Below are positions 10,117 through 21,991 of a stretch of 49,462 bases of DNA, one piece after another (the stretch's first letter is position 1; every line of letters starts with the position of its first letter). The translations under genes and the position numbers were made by a program. The notes below the pieces were generated by a model, which made no database searches, was not told where the DNA came from, and worked only from the letters and a program-made list of their open reading frames with translations. Origin of the DNA: Catajapyx aquilonaris (lineage: Eukaryota); contig JYFJ02002899.1 in NCBI GenBank assembly GCA_000934665.2, positions 1 through 49,462 on the forward strand. The letters run 5' to 3'.

Positions 10117-10912
10117 AATTATATCAAAAACTTTCCCTTCAGTAAAAAAAGAGAAGTAAGGCCTCCGCGGCGGAATGAAGGTACTGAAACAAGGCAGGCG
10201 CACGTAAGACCTTCACCAATTGATTTAAGCTGTACCATAGGTCGTACTCAAGCAATTTCCAATTTACTACTCATGAAATCTCCTTTCTGAAAACAAATTT
10301 GCGGAATTTATGTAGTACTACTAGTTACTTCTAACTTAGCAGTACCAGTGTAGCACAATGGTACTGCTAAGTTAGCAGTAACTACAGACCTATAGTTCAT
10401 AGTATAGTACGACGAAAATTCCACCCATTAATTTTCCATGAGCCACTCCATATTAGTGTTTTATGAAATAATTAGGAACTTCAATATTAAGCACATTGAA
10501 TTTCTATGCGATTAGTGCGAATTACTGCCATGAAACATTCATGCAGAATCGTCACCTCTTTTAGATGCTGATTTTAACTCTAATGTTTAATTTTTCACAT
10601 ATACGTAAACGTTAATTGGTGAATTTTAGAGGGTCTTTTTCGATTGGTTCGATCTGTTAGAATGGATTTAGTTTTTCCCGTTTTTTTTTCTTTTCATAAT
10701 AAAATACTACCTACACTGCTCTGAGTAGTTTGCAGCAGTCATTTTACGAGACGTTCCATACCGTACTTGAGAATTGCTTGAGTAAGACCTATGGTACAGC
10801 TTAAATCAATTGGTGAAGGTCTTACGTGCGCCTGCCTTGTTTCAGTACCTTCATTCCGCCGCGGAGGCCTTACTTCTCTTTTTTTACTGAAGGGAAAGTT
10901 TTTGATATAATT
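10117..10912. mobile_element. Young long-TIR MITE/foldback with an internal palindrome
   Basis: ~140-bp near-perfect inverted arms (AATTATATCAAAAACTTTCCCTTCAG...) and a separate hairpin at 10322-10384. Confidence 0.9.
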
Positions 10913-11099
10913 TCAGTTCTTTTTTGACAGTAGTACACATAACTTATGCTCTACACTATACAGTCTGCACTATGAATGCATTGGAGACGATTTTTGTCGC
11001 TTAGAAGTCCCTAAAATTATTTTCACAGAGATAGTCGTAAAAAAACGAAAGTCGAGTGCTACCAGCCAGGCATTATTCGGGGCAACCCTTCAATTTTCT

Positions 11100-11363
11100 A
11101 CATTGAGAACCATACCAGACGAATTTACTGAAATCGTGGAACTTTCCAAGAATATTAAATCTATGTGTGGCTTGCCTCTGTCACATCTGAAAACTCCCAA
11201 ACTTATTTCATTTTCGCGAAATGCTACGATTGCAGCAAATATTAGTCTGGCACATTTCTCAAGGTAGATATTCCGCATACTGTAACATAATTTCATAATT
11301 AAATTAGCTTAAGAGTTGGCCGGTATTACCTGGCGATGGCGATATAGCAGGGAGCGAACGGGG
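11100..11363. mobile_element. Right-end fragment of a piggyBac-like MITE
   Basis: Ends GGGG|TTAA. Body aligns by eye with 31652-31872 inside the element at 31138-32125. Confidence 0.6.
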
Positions 11364-11372
11364 TTAATAGTA

Positions 11373-11805
11373 CAGTTGAATCTGGATACAACAAACTTCA
11401 AGAGACTGCGGAAAATGTCTGTTATAACCGAGGTCTGTTATAGCCGAATCGTCACGCAACGAAAACATAAATTTCTGCTTTCAATGTGGCTGTACTATGC
11501 ACTACTAGACTACATACCGATTAATGAAATCTGTCACAAATGCAATATTGATGGCTCACCCGAAAATTATGCAGGCCCAAAATATCCGAAATTTCCTTCT
11601 GCCGTCTCCCTTTTGCAAATTGTATACCTGGAAAACAATATTTTCCCACCGAGGGTCCAAGAAATGGTCTGTTATACCCGAGGTGAGGTGAAAATGAGTC
11701 TGTTATATCAGGAGTGAAAATACACAGGGCCTAATGGAAGCATGCCGGGACAGCCTTTATAACCAAGCATGTTATAGCCGAGGCTGTTATATCCGGATTC
11801 AACTG
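11373..11805. mobile_element. Tigger/pogo-like MITE
   Basis: TA|CAGTTGAATCTGGATACAAC ... GTTATATCCGGATTCAACTG|TA; repeated subterminal TGTTATA(A/G)CCGA motifs. Confidence 0.9.
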
Positions 11806-11854
11806 TAAATCTGTAATACGTGCAATGCGTTCACACCAGCGGCAGGGTAACATT

Positions 11855-12318
11855 TGGCTAATAACAATATGACGAGGTGGTAAACAAGAATTGACGTTTC
11901 TAGGTGATGGCATTCTTATGATGTAAAAAAATCTCAGCTCCAATCCTGCAGCAGATGGAACTATGGGATTTTGAACATAGATCCGCACCATCCCACTGCA
12001 CCTTCGGCCCGTTGAAGAAGGAACCGAATTCCGAATAGTTATTGAGAAAAAATATTGAGACGTATTTTTTGGTGGTTTAAAATTTTTTGCGGCGTTTTGA
12101 AGAGGAATTAAGTAAAAGTGTAAACGGTAGGAAATCAAGTCACGACGGTGGGGATCTGTGTTCAAAATTTGGAAGCTCTACCTACAGCAGAACTTGAGTT
12201 AGGGCGAATAAAAAAAACGTAACAAGAAGAAGAACAACAACAACAAGTAGGAAAAATTCATTGTTGAAACATTGTTGAAATTTATGCTACGGTCTTTTTT
12301 AAGGGCGATAGCAAAAAA
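11855..12318 (-). mobile_element. Helentron-associated (HINE/DINE-1-like) non-autonomous element
   Basis: On the minus strand: T-run, short inverted repeat (TGCTA...TAGCA), (TTG)n(TTC)n microsatellite, then a core ...GTAGAGCTTCCAAATTTT. Far boundary approximate. Confidence 0.5.
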
Positions 12319-12329
12319 ATTATTTAGTA

Positions 12330-13104
12330 CAGCGGTTCCCAACCTGGGGTACGCCGCAGGATGGTCAGGGGTATGCGAAAGAAAAGGAGCAATGGCGGAT
12401 TAATCAATATATTGCAACTGGATTGCACATCCTTTTTAAGCAGGATATTTCCAAGCAGCCAGATTATCAATCATAGAAAAAGAGATGTTGATCGAACTTT
12501 CGACTGATACTACTTTAAGAGTTGACTACAAAGGGAAATCCTTAATTAGCTTTTGGGCAGACATCAGCAGAGAATATGAACAGCTGAGCGACAAGGCGCT
12601 TCAGTTTCTTATGCCATTTACCAGTACGGAGCTGGTGGAGAGGGCTTTCTCGTCTTATACATTTATAAAAAATAAATACCGTAATAAGCTCAGTGCAAGT
12701 CCAGATTTTAGACTGTATCTGACATCAATTGAACCAAATTTCAAGAAATTATGTGCTTCAAAACAAGGTCAAGGATCTCACTGAACATTTCCTGTGTGTT
12801 ATGTTATTCATGAAACAAGATTCCAAATATATGGAACTGTGTGTGCATATTAACTATTAATAATAATTACATATGTTAATCTTTAAGTATCATTTGAATT
12901 TGAATGTAAAAATATATGCTTTGTATATCTTATTGTTGCTTTGCATTATTATCCTATTACTGATTAATTTATTTCCAGTTACAGCCTATATTTTAAATAA
13001 CAGCAGGTATTTATTACAAACATTCTCCTTTAGGGATAAGGGGTACAATTTATGGGAATGGGCCGCCAGAGGGTACGTAAGTGAAAAAAGGTTGGGAACC
13101 GCTG
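12330..13104 (+). mobile_element. Internally deleted hAT (Buster/Charlie-type) element
   Basis: Perfect TIR CAGCGGTTCCCAACCT / AGGTTGGGAACCGCTG; TSD ATTTAGTA/ATTTAGGT (6/8). Confidence 0.92.
12485..12784 (+). pseudogene. hAT transposase C-terminal dimerisation-domain fragment
   Basis: FW...EY..LS.KAL.FLMPFTSTELVERAFS....KNKYRNKL...RL.L..IEP.F.KL...KQ.Q.SH*, typical of Buster-clade transposases. Confidence 0.9.
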
Positions 13105-13115
13105 ATTTAGGTATA

Positions 13116-13233
13116 TAGTCTGGTGACCCGGGGTAGCTTGCCCCCTGGGGTAACTGGTTGTTTACTGCTATCCTTTTACATATGTTGCCATGGTGATTGC
13201 CCCCGGGATAGCTTACCCCGGGTCATCAGACTA
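13116..13233. mobile_element. Small palindromic MITE
   Basis: TAGTCTGGTGACCCGGGGTA ... TACCCCGGGTCATCAGACTA. Confidence 0.7.
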
Positions 13234-13412
13234 GGGGCCTTAGTACAATATGTTGTGGGGCAGAAACTTTTGTGACACCCTGTATGTTATGACAGAACAT
13301 GTGTGTTACCTGCACTCTCTTGAATGAGTAGTCCACTATCTGTTCCTATGAGAAATAAATTGAGAACAGACTTTTCATTGGCTTGCAATAACCACTTTGT
13401 GGCAGTGATAAT

Positions 13413-13752
13413 CAGCACTGGATTTCCCATTAGGCACAGGCACTTGCCTAGGGGCGGCCGTGAGTTGCAATAAATACATTTTTCAAATACAATAATAAGT
13501 AATAAAGGCGAGATCACAAAAAAATCATATTTTTGAGCGCTTCATTTACCGCTACAGGCAGAAAAGGTAATTGACGAAGGGCGGTCATAAGTTACCATAT
13601 AAGTTTTTTTTTTAATAAAATAAAATGTAATGTGTGTAGGAGAGAACACAAGAGAAAAATGGAATTTTAGAGGCCAGGGGGGGGGGGGGGNGGGGGGGGG
13701 GGATCTCAACTGCCTAAGGGGGCTAGGGGGCAGGGGGGTAAATCAGGCGCTC
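13413..13752. mobile_element. hAT MITE
   Basis: Perfect 8-bp TSD GTGATAAT (13405-13412, 13753-13760); degenerate TIR CAGCACTGGATTT / AAATCAGGCGCTC. Confidence 0.8.
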
Positions 13753-13962
13753 GTGATAATGCAGCATATTTTTATTGAAATAAAGATTGACCTTGTTCAT
13801 ATTTACTGTCCATATTAAATTTATGGTCTATGTCTCTTACTTCACTTGAAATTGAGCTTAGGACTGGTCTCTCACAAGCACAGAATCTTTTGTACTTGAT
13901 CTATCTGCACTCACTGGTCACTGTTGATGGATGCCCCTCTTTCCAATATTATTACGAGCTGC

Positions 13963-13974
13963 TATTATTATTAA

Positions 13975-14038
<64 letters not shown>
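13963..14038. repeat. (TTA)n microsatellite
   Basis: Direct reading. Confidence 0.98.
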
Positions 14039-14270
14039 GATATACTCTGGATTTCTGATTATTATCTGTGAGATTATCTCTGCATCACCAAATAAAGGTT
14101 AGAAATAGAAGTCTGAAAGAATGTAAATGTCTCGCAAACAAAGAAATATACCAATAACATACTTTTTCCAGGAGGTAAATTTAAAATGTTAATAAGTTTT
14201 ATTATTGTAATTAAACCTTAATTACAACAGCATACAGTATGTGCAGTAGTTCATTTAATACCTGTGATAC

Positions 14271-15065
14271 CTTGAAGCTTATATCTGATACTGGTCAATG
14301 CTATGTGAGGTCCGGTGAGGTCAAATCAGGCATCGGGGTATTGCAAAGTTGTCCTCACATTTTTCCAGAAGCACAGGCATGTTGCGATGTTCTTTGCGCA
14401 GCACCCTGGCCACGCTTCACGTTCCAGTAATGGCTGGACTGTTTACCATGAAACGGTTTCACCGTCAGTCACAGATTCTCCCTAGTGTATGAAATTTTGT
14501 GATTTCTTTGCTTGGCAAGTGCAGCAGGGTCACATTAGGGAGGTAGGATTGGTGCACTCAGTCATTTTAAAAACATACCAAAAATATTAACTTGACCAAA
14601 GTGAAATTCCTGAGAGGGAATGAGTCTTCACTGCTGCCTGGCATGGTAAAGGACCTTGCGATGGAGTAGGAGGGCTAGTGAAGCATATTGTGACAGCGTA
14701 CAACTTGCGGCACAGTGCAACAGAGGTCATAAAAATTTCTGGGCAGTTGACTGAGGTGCTGCGATCCGACCTCCCTAATGTGACCCTGCTGCACTTGCCA
14801 AGTGCAGAAAGCACAAAATTTCGTGACACTAGCGAGAATCTAAGGCTGACAGTGAAACCGTTTCATGGTAAACAGACCAGCCATTCAATAATGGCTGGAC
14901 TGTTTACCATGAACGTGAAGCGTGGCCAGGTTACTGTGCAAAGAACAGCGCAACATTTGGTGTGACTTCTGGAAAATGTGAGTACGACTTTGCAATACCC
15001 CTATACCTGATTTGACCTCACCAGACCTCTCCTGGCATTGACCAGTATCAGATATAAGTTTCAAG
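14271..15065. mobile_element. Older foldback/MITE with ~290-bp diverged inverted arms
   Basis: CTTGAAGCTTATATCTGATACTGGTCAATGC... is mirrored by ...GCATTGACCAGTATCAGATATAAGTTTCAAG; the ORF track shows near-identical peptides on opposite strands. Confidence 0.85.
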
Positions 15066-15101
15066 TCATCATACAATAACCTATAACGTGTACACTACAT
15101 A

Positions 15102-15700
15102 CAGGGCTATTCATAAGTCTTGACCCTATTTTAAAAATTCACCAAAAATACACTACGCAACAGATAGTTGTAATTAATATACCAAAAGAACGAGAAAGGA
15201 TCCGAGTTTTTTTTACAGCAAACCCCTCTCGTGTTGTAGCCTTGCTGTGCCGCTAGGAGGCAGTAGTTAGAAAATGATAAATTATACGTTATAAATGAAC
15301 ATGGAGGATTACCTCTTTCAACAAGATGGTGCTCCACCTCATTTCCATACCCAGGTGCGATGGTACTTCAACCAAAACCTACCACGACGTTAGATTGGGC
15401 GCACAAGTCCCGATGATGAGGTGTTAATGCGGTGGCCACCCTGGTCACCCGATTTAACTCGCAACTTTTTCTTACTGGGATTTGTGAACGACACTGTCTT
15501 CGTGCCTCCCCTCACTGCCAATGTCCAGGAACTTCGCCACCGCATCACCATGTCAGTCACAAACTCTCAATGATTGACCTAACAAAAATTTACTCCATTT
15601 CGCCCCATACGCGAGCAAGCATGTCACATGCTTGCCTGCGTATGGGGCGAAATGGAGTATCGGCTAGATGTGTGCCGCATCTCCAGAGGAGGACACTTTG
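15102..15700 (+). pseudogene. Tc1/mariner-superfamily relic (left TIR plus catalytic/C-terminal fragment)
   Basis: TA|CAGGGCTATTCATAAG end; FQQDGAPPHF...R*IGR...WPPWSPDLT and MLACVWGEMEYRLDVCRISRGGH. Confidence 0.88.
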
Positions 15701-15742
15701 ATATGAGAGAAGTTCTAACCAAATGTAGCATACATATACATG

Positions 15743-17118
15743 CAAGGCCGTATTAAGGCCTATGTGGGCCCCGGGGCACTGATATTTGTGTGAGCCCCTA
15801 CGATGCCTCGATGTCCGGGGGGAGGGGGTGGGGCAGAGCCCTTCCTTCCCCCCGGAGCTTATTGTAAGAAAGTTTGAGAACCGCACAAAAGGCATGTTAA
15901 ACTTGGAGTTAAATGAAAAAGGCGTGCGTTTTTTTTTGTTCAAGGTCGCACAAGCGTAGGTGAATGTAACTGACAAAGTAGGCTACAGTGGAATCCTCCT
16001 ATACTGTAAACACATTGGATACAAGCAAGTACTGTAGAAAGGTCAAACTTCATATTCCCAGCAGTGCCAATGTACAAGTGCCATAAAAATTAGCTATTCA
16101 GAGGTTAATGAAGTCAAATTTCTTTCAGATATTTAGTTTGAAAGGAGCTCTCACCAGATAAGCAGTGTTATGGTTAACAAACGGTATTGATGGTCATAAT
16201 TCATGTTCTTTATTGACATAGCTTTAACGTAACTCGAAAAATATGATTTTTCCCCAGTATCTTGAATTTTTCACTGAGTGAAAATTGGTGTGTGTGTGGG
16301 GGGGGGGAGAGGGGGGGGGACTGAAAAGTTTCTACGGGGGGCTTAGCCAGCTATTATTATTGAAAATTAATTTTTCGTGTCACCTGTAGCCTACTACTTA
16401 CAGCAGAAGATTACAGGCCGGTGGTCTAATTTTAAAATTTTTGTCCGGATGCGGAGTTTGCACTCCAGACTTTAATCTGGTGTGCAAACCACATACATGG
16501 AGTGCTTAATTTGTAATTATTGGGTATAGCCATGTTTAAAAGCAGAGCCAATTGTAGTGCAAACTTTGCACTCCAAGGCTCAGTTTGGAGTGCAAATGAC
16601 TTCTGCATCCGAATATTTCGCCCCCTGCTATTATTATTTACCTGTTGGGAAGGTCCCAGTGATGAGGGGCCCCAAAAAATTACAAACTTCGATTGTTATG
16701 AAATTAATGCTTGTTTTCGATATTTATTACCAATTACCTAAAAAAAATTATAAGTTTATGACTGCTAAAGCAGGGCGGGGGCCCCATATGTTCAATTGTA
16801 AAAGGAGCAGCCCCACCTCCTACCGCTCCCTGTTGGAGGGGCCCAGCGACCCGTACATAGCGGCTCTGTGTATCGATGTATAGGCTTACACTAGATTGGG
16901 CCCCTGCATACATATGCCCTTTTTTCTGCACAGTTCGCAAGAGACAGGGTAATCTCCTAATGGTAAAATGATCGTAAGAGCGTGAATTCTCCTTGAAAGG
17001 GCCACAAGCACACGGAAACAACTTCAATAAAAAAAAAAGATTGGGCCCCAGCGGGACCCCTAAATTTCGTTGGGCCCGGGGCACGTGCCCTTTCCGGCCC
17101 TTCGGTAATACCGGCCTG
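15743..17118. mobile_element. Non-autonomous hAT element with nested material
   Basis: TIR CAAGGCCGTATTA / TAATACCGGCCTG; TSD TATACATG/TGTACATG (7/8); repeated GGGCCC subterminal motifs. Confidence 0.8.
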
Positions 17119-18251
17119 TGTACATGATGCTATGAGTCATGGGCCTGAGTCAGTGGGATCCACGGAGAGCGCCCGGAAACGTGTACGTAATAAAATTCGA
17201 ATCAGGATCATAAACCTCAGAGGGAGAGAAATTTTTGCACTGGTGTGTGGCTCAGATGTTCCTCTGTCCAGAAATAAATAGGTGTTCAATTATCCGTTGA
17301 CTATTTTGAGAAAATTATTTTCTTCCAAACCATGTTTTGCGAAGTTAACAATGTTCAACAATAGCTCCACTGTTAACCTTTGACTTCAAAGCTTAACAAA
17401 GCTGATAAGTAGGGAGGGTATGAGTTGTGCTGAAAGTCAATATGTTTCATTTGCCTACAAATATTTATTTTTTTGCCAGCAAAATTTGCGAAAATTGCTC
17501 AAATATCGTAAAACAACATTCATGCCATTTTTTCCTGCAGTTGCTAATCATACTTTAGGAATTATTTTATATTGAAAATTAAGACCTATGTAGGCAGTTG
17601 CTTCATTCCAAATTTAGTTTTGTGTAACTAGGAAAATTGGTAAAAGCATCCATCAAAGTCGAGAAGAAATGAACTTCGAGAAATAGCAAATTTGGTACCC
17701 CTGCGTTTATGATTTTTTTCAGGGCAAATAAAAAATGACACTGAAAAATAGCCAGTGTCATTCTTCCTCATTTTGACAGTGGTACTTCGTGTAATTTATC
17801 CGTAATAATCGGAGACCAAGCCCTGACAACTTTTGTAGATCTGGCCTGATCTGAAATGGAATTATTGCTCAGGGGGTGCAAGGGCCCATCCTGCACCGAC
17901 CAAAAAATGATATTTTTCCACTGTTGTGTAGCTAAACTAAAGTATCTGTTAGTGACATGCAAAACCTCCACGAGTTTGGATGGGTCCTGGAGCCATTAAA
18001 AATAATGACTTGCAGGATGTAAGGAGAACTTCTCCCGGTAGAGCTTCATTTCTCAGCAGATATGTTGTGTGGGAGGCCCCCTTCTTGCACCCAGCCCCTA
18101 AATTATCCTGAGGACATCTACTATTTGGAGCAGATTTGGAGTTTGCAGATGAAATGGTTCATTTCATGTATTTCATATCATATCACAGTTCTAAGATTTC
18201 ATAGCTGATGAAACAGTACCAGCATCGCGATCGTGCAAACTAATTTTTGAA

Positions 18252-19082
18252 AATATTGTGCAATCAACGTTCCCAAATGTTATGACAGCATTAAGAACTC
18301 ATCGGTGCCTCATGATCACGAAAGCTACAGGTGAACCTTTTTGAAGCTAAAACTACTGAAATATTGTTATCTATCTTCAGTGGTGCAAGAACGACAGAAA
18401 TCACTTGCCATTATGGCCCACTGAGTATAGTGTTAAGCACAAAGTTTAAAGCGTCCGACGTGACCATTCCGGTCTTCTGTACACCTACCATTAGGTTTCC
18501 CCCATTGGGTTCTCTCCTGCTTTATTCACATCTCTATGACCTCATTGAGAGCAAGTATATTTGGTTGTTGTTGTTCCGAAAAAAGAAAAAAAAAGTATGG
18601 AGCAAATAAGCGCTAATCCTACACCTTACTGACCATCTTTTTTGATTTAATTTTGCCCAATATGCATGGTAATAATTTAGTTTTTGTTTGTTTGCCTGTG
18701 TTATTACTCTGATTAACCCTTCGTAACATTGTGTCGCTGACATTGACCTTGTTTTTGTTTGTTGTTTCTTTTTTTCTGACACTGTATGTAATGTATTACA
18801 TTTGGCAAGTTCTCTCCAGCAAAAGGGATGCTCTCCCAGGCCGTCAATATATTATTATATATTATTATTATTGTTTAATAACATAATATGATAATTTATT
18901 TAATAACAATAATAATGGTTAACGTAACGGTTCTTTTAGTGTAAAAAATGGTTTATTAAAATTATTGGTTGGTACAATAAAAATGGTATTAGGAGATAAT
19001 TTGCAGGGGTGGGGGGGGGGNGGGGGTGGGGGGGCAAGATTGGAACGGCCTAGAGGCCTCCACAGGGTTTAATCGGGCACTG
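18252..19082 (+). pseudogene. hAT (Tip100/ZMYM1-like) transposase C-terminal relic plus right end
   Basis: STFPNVMTALRTHRCLMITKATGE/FLKLKLLK...SSVVQERQKSLAIMA (frameshifted); right terminus TTAATCGGGCACTG at 19082. Confidence 0.7.
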
Positions 19083-19378
19083 ACGGGAATACATTGACTC
19101 ACCCTCGTATGGCTCATGGGCAAGTTGAAAGGATATCCATATAGCACCTATGTCTTAAGAACATGTAGTGCCTTTTGTCTGCTGGGTGGGAGGAGCCATG
19201 CCTCAACCCATCGACCACTTATCAAGGAGGTTATTCAACCCAATGGGGAAAGTTCAAAAGATGTGATGATATTTGCTTAACAGAATGTTAATACACTGTG
19301 TGAAGACATTTGCTTGGCCAGTCACATGGGATGGTTTTCATATGCGTGTAATGAAACATAAAATTTTTCTTGCAGATC

Positions 19379-20857
19379 ATGCCAAGGAAGAAGCAGCCTC
19401 AAAGTCTCCGGTCCTCCAGCTTGCGCACTTTGGCCAAGTTAGTTCTTGATTCAACCAAGAAGAGCAACGGAAAGCAAGAACCGATTCAGGAGTACGTGAA
19501 GGACATCCCCAATACATTTGCTAATGATTACGTTAACGAGGTTCTTCAGCTGAGTTCAAGAGGGAACTCTTGTTTTGACATTACCAGTGCTTTGCACCCC
19601 AAGTGCACAAAGATTGTTCAAGGGGGAGACGGGGATTTTTTCTGTTCGCGTGACCAGGTTTTAAGGGGTTTTCATGTCATGGGTGATCTGATCATTATTG
19701 AACCTGAAATTCGCCTGCGGGAATCCCAATCAAATGAAGGGGAAGGTCTTCCATTCCCCAAAATGACCAACCTGCGTTCAATTAAGGTATCAATTGAGGA
19801 CCGACAGCTCTTGGAGCAAGTTATTGAAAACTGTCCAGGATTGGAAGATATTACAATAGTTGATGTCAATGAAAACTGGGCCACTCCATCCATTTTACAA
19901 CTTCTGTCTAACTGCAAGCACCTCAAGAGGATTTTTGTTGCTTCCATGACCCCTCGGGTAGCCATATACCTGCTAAACCGTCCTCCCAATCTGGACTTGT
20001 TAGCGATTAACCATATTCAGAAAATTCTTCCTCTGTGCAAACATGCTTATAAGCTGAAGGACTTTAGAGCAGACCTGAACATGAAAAATGTTGCTAATCT
20101 GCAAAAGATTGTAACCCATTTTCCAGACCTGGAGAAGCTGGACCTGTTGGTGGAAGATAATGTACCTGTGAATATGATTAGTGAACTAGCCGACCTGAAA
20201 AGTTTGAAACTGATATATCATAAGATAGCTTCAAATCATATTTTCCTGATGGACAAGTGCATATTTGGTCTTCATGACCTATATTTGGATCATACCACTG
20301 GGTTTGATTATCTCTTCAGGCAAAACATAAATGCGTCATACCCAAATCTCGTGTCTCTGACCTTGTTTGACTGCAGTGATATCAGTGTGGCAGGAATCAA
20401 GGAGATTTTCCCCAATCTAAAGTCTCTTAAGCTGATAGATTGCACATTCATGGCAAATGATCCTCCATGTAAATTGACGTATGCTGGATTCGATGCCCTG
20501 GAAGATTTGCAATTTGTTAATGTCCCAGTGCAACCTGTTAGGTCTGTAATTCCCTTTTGTGGTAAGTTGAAGAGTCTTATGGTTTATCATCACAACTCTT
20601 CTCTCAAATCTAGTGTTTATGAACTTCTCTGTAATGCCAACCTGAAGCAGTTGCGTACTCTTCAGGTGATGGATGATAGTGTGAAACGGGATGTGATACC
20701 AATCGTTTTTAATTCATGTGGAGAGGTGTTGGAAAAGGTGGAATTGTGGAGCGATAATCTGACACTCTCACCCGATTTTCTTTGTGGATTGTACAATGAG
20801 ATGAAGCAGTATGATATGCTTTTCTTTATCAATGGAACACTTGTATTATCCTCATGA
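19379..20857 (+). CDS. Leucine-rich-repeat protein (RNI/F-box-LRR-like repeats) with N-terminal BC-box-like motif, 492 aa, single coding exon
   Basis: Long stop-free ORF. Acceptor tttttcttgcAG (ends 19375) lies 3 nt before the ATG at 19379. Repeats PGLEDITI, KHLKRIFV, PDLEKLDL, PNLVSLTL, PNLKSLKL, GKLKSLMV, KQLRTLQV. Confidence 0.9.
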   Translation: MPRKKQPQSLRSSSLRTLAKLVLDSTKKSNGKQEPIQEYVKDIPNTFANDYVNEVLQLSSRGNSCFDITSALHPKCTKIVQGGDGDFFCSRDQVLRGFHVMGDLIIIEPEIRLRESQSNEGEGLPFPKMTNLRSIKVSIEDRQLLEQVIENCPGLEDITIVDVNENWATPSILQLLSNCKHLKRIFVASMTPRVAIYLLNRPPNLDLLAINHIQKILPLCKHAYKLKDFRADLNMKNVANLQKIVTHFPDLEKLDLLVEDNVPVNMISELADLKSLKLIYHKIASNHIFLMDKCIFGLHDLYLDHTTGFDYLFRQNINASYPNLVSLTLFDCSDISVAGIKEIFPNLKSLKLIDCTFMANDPPCKLTYAGFDALEDLQFVNVPVQPVRSVIPFCGKLKSLMVYHHNSSLKSSVYELLCNANLKQLRTLQVMDDSVKRDVIPIVFNSCGEVLEKVELWSDNLTLSPDFLCGLYNEMKQYDMLFFINGTLVLSS

Positions 20858-21033
20858 CTGTATTGAACTGATAGTATGATATGAAAAAATATATTGCATT
20901 GTCACACAACTTTAGCAATACAAATTGAGCTCTAATGTGTGTTCCATGCGGTTCCATGTATTGGGGTAATTTTAAATATCCCAAGTTTCACCAAAATTTT
21001 AAATTTTGTGAACCTTATTGCACCACAATCCAG

Positions 21034-21245
21034 CCCAAGTAGCACAATGACATCCCATGGATGTCTAAGGGGTGTTCAGGAATGTCAACTGAAAATCCAA
21101 ATTATATATGTGGAACTAACTGATGTCTCAGATCTGGAGGTCCCATAGACGTTCAAAGGACGTTTGCTATGAATATCCATGGGAGGTTTGTACGGATATC
21201 CCAAGGATGTACCTTCCAATCTTCTCTGGGCATGTGAGTGCTGGG
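21034..21245. mobile_element. Short CCCA...TGGG element (CMC/EnSpm-like MITE)
   Basis: Ends CCCAAGTAGCAC / GTGAGTGCTGGG with internal GACATCC/GGATGT-type repeats. Confidence 0.4.
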
Positions 21246-21635
21246 ATAGGACCTCAGGGTTGTGCTGTTCTGTGCAAAACGATCCTGTATGGTATAGTGG
21301 CAAGGTTACTTCCGGGTCACCTGCCTTACCGCCAATTTCCTTTACCGCCCGCTACTGTAATCAATGCGCAAGTAAAATGTTAATTAATTAATTATCTCTT
21401 CTTTTTTCAAAAACCTTTGGTTCATTTAACGTTTGGGTTGGGGTGGTATTATCTGCCCTGCCCTACAACGTCACAGGTGCTTGGCGCAGTATAGCCAGTG
21501 CTGCTGTTGCGCCATTAAACCATCACTCAATCAATCAATCCTTTACCGCCAAAACAGGTCTGCCAACTGATTCAATCTGAGCCTGATAATATTCAGAAAG
21601 CTGTCATATACACTGCTACTTTCAGCCCCACTTTC

Positions 21636-21637
<2 letters not shown>

Positions 21638-21718
<81 letters not shown>
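21638..21718. repeat. (TAA)n microsatellite
   Basis: Direct reading; immediately 5' of a SINE. Confidence 0.98.
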
Positions 21719-21720
<2 letters not shown>

Positions 21721-21991
21721 GCACCGAAGCAGTGGTGGCGGAGGGGATATGGTATCCGACTGCTAATCTGGAGGTCCTGGGTTCGATACCCGGGGCCGGC
21801 AACTCTAACCATGGTTTTCTGTGGTTTCCCACGGTCCCTCCAGGAGAATTCCGGAGTTGCTTCCTAATTAATAGGCCACAGCCGCCTCCTTCCTTTCCTA
21901 TCCTCTCCCAAAAATGCGCAGTAAAAATTACAAGAGTTCCAGTCAAAACAAAAAATTTCCCCCTAAAGAGCCGCCGGCTGATAACGGGGTA

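Larger units (their letters stand above)
8762..13282. mobile_element. Candidate Tc1-like TIR pair enclosing a nest of younger insertions
   Basis: CTGGGTGTAACAAAAGTTTATGGCCCA at 8762 vs reverse complement of the right end CAGGGTGTCACAAAAGTTTCTGCCCCA (23/27); TA outside both ends. Confidence 0.5.

Noticed and set aside
13830..14102. Poly-Leu/Ile/Tyr/Asn ORFs (also 21543-22134, 23215-23511, 26353-26613)
   Set aside because: Translations of (TAA)n microsatellites.
17140..18130. Transposon-like stretch between two hAT elements
   Set aside because: No matching termini or TSD could be identified by eye.
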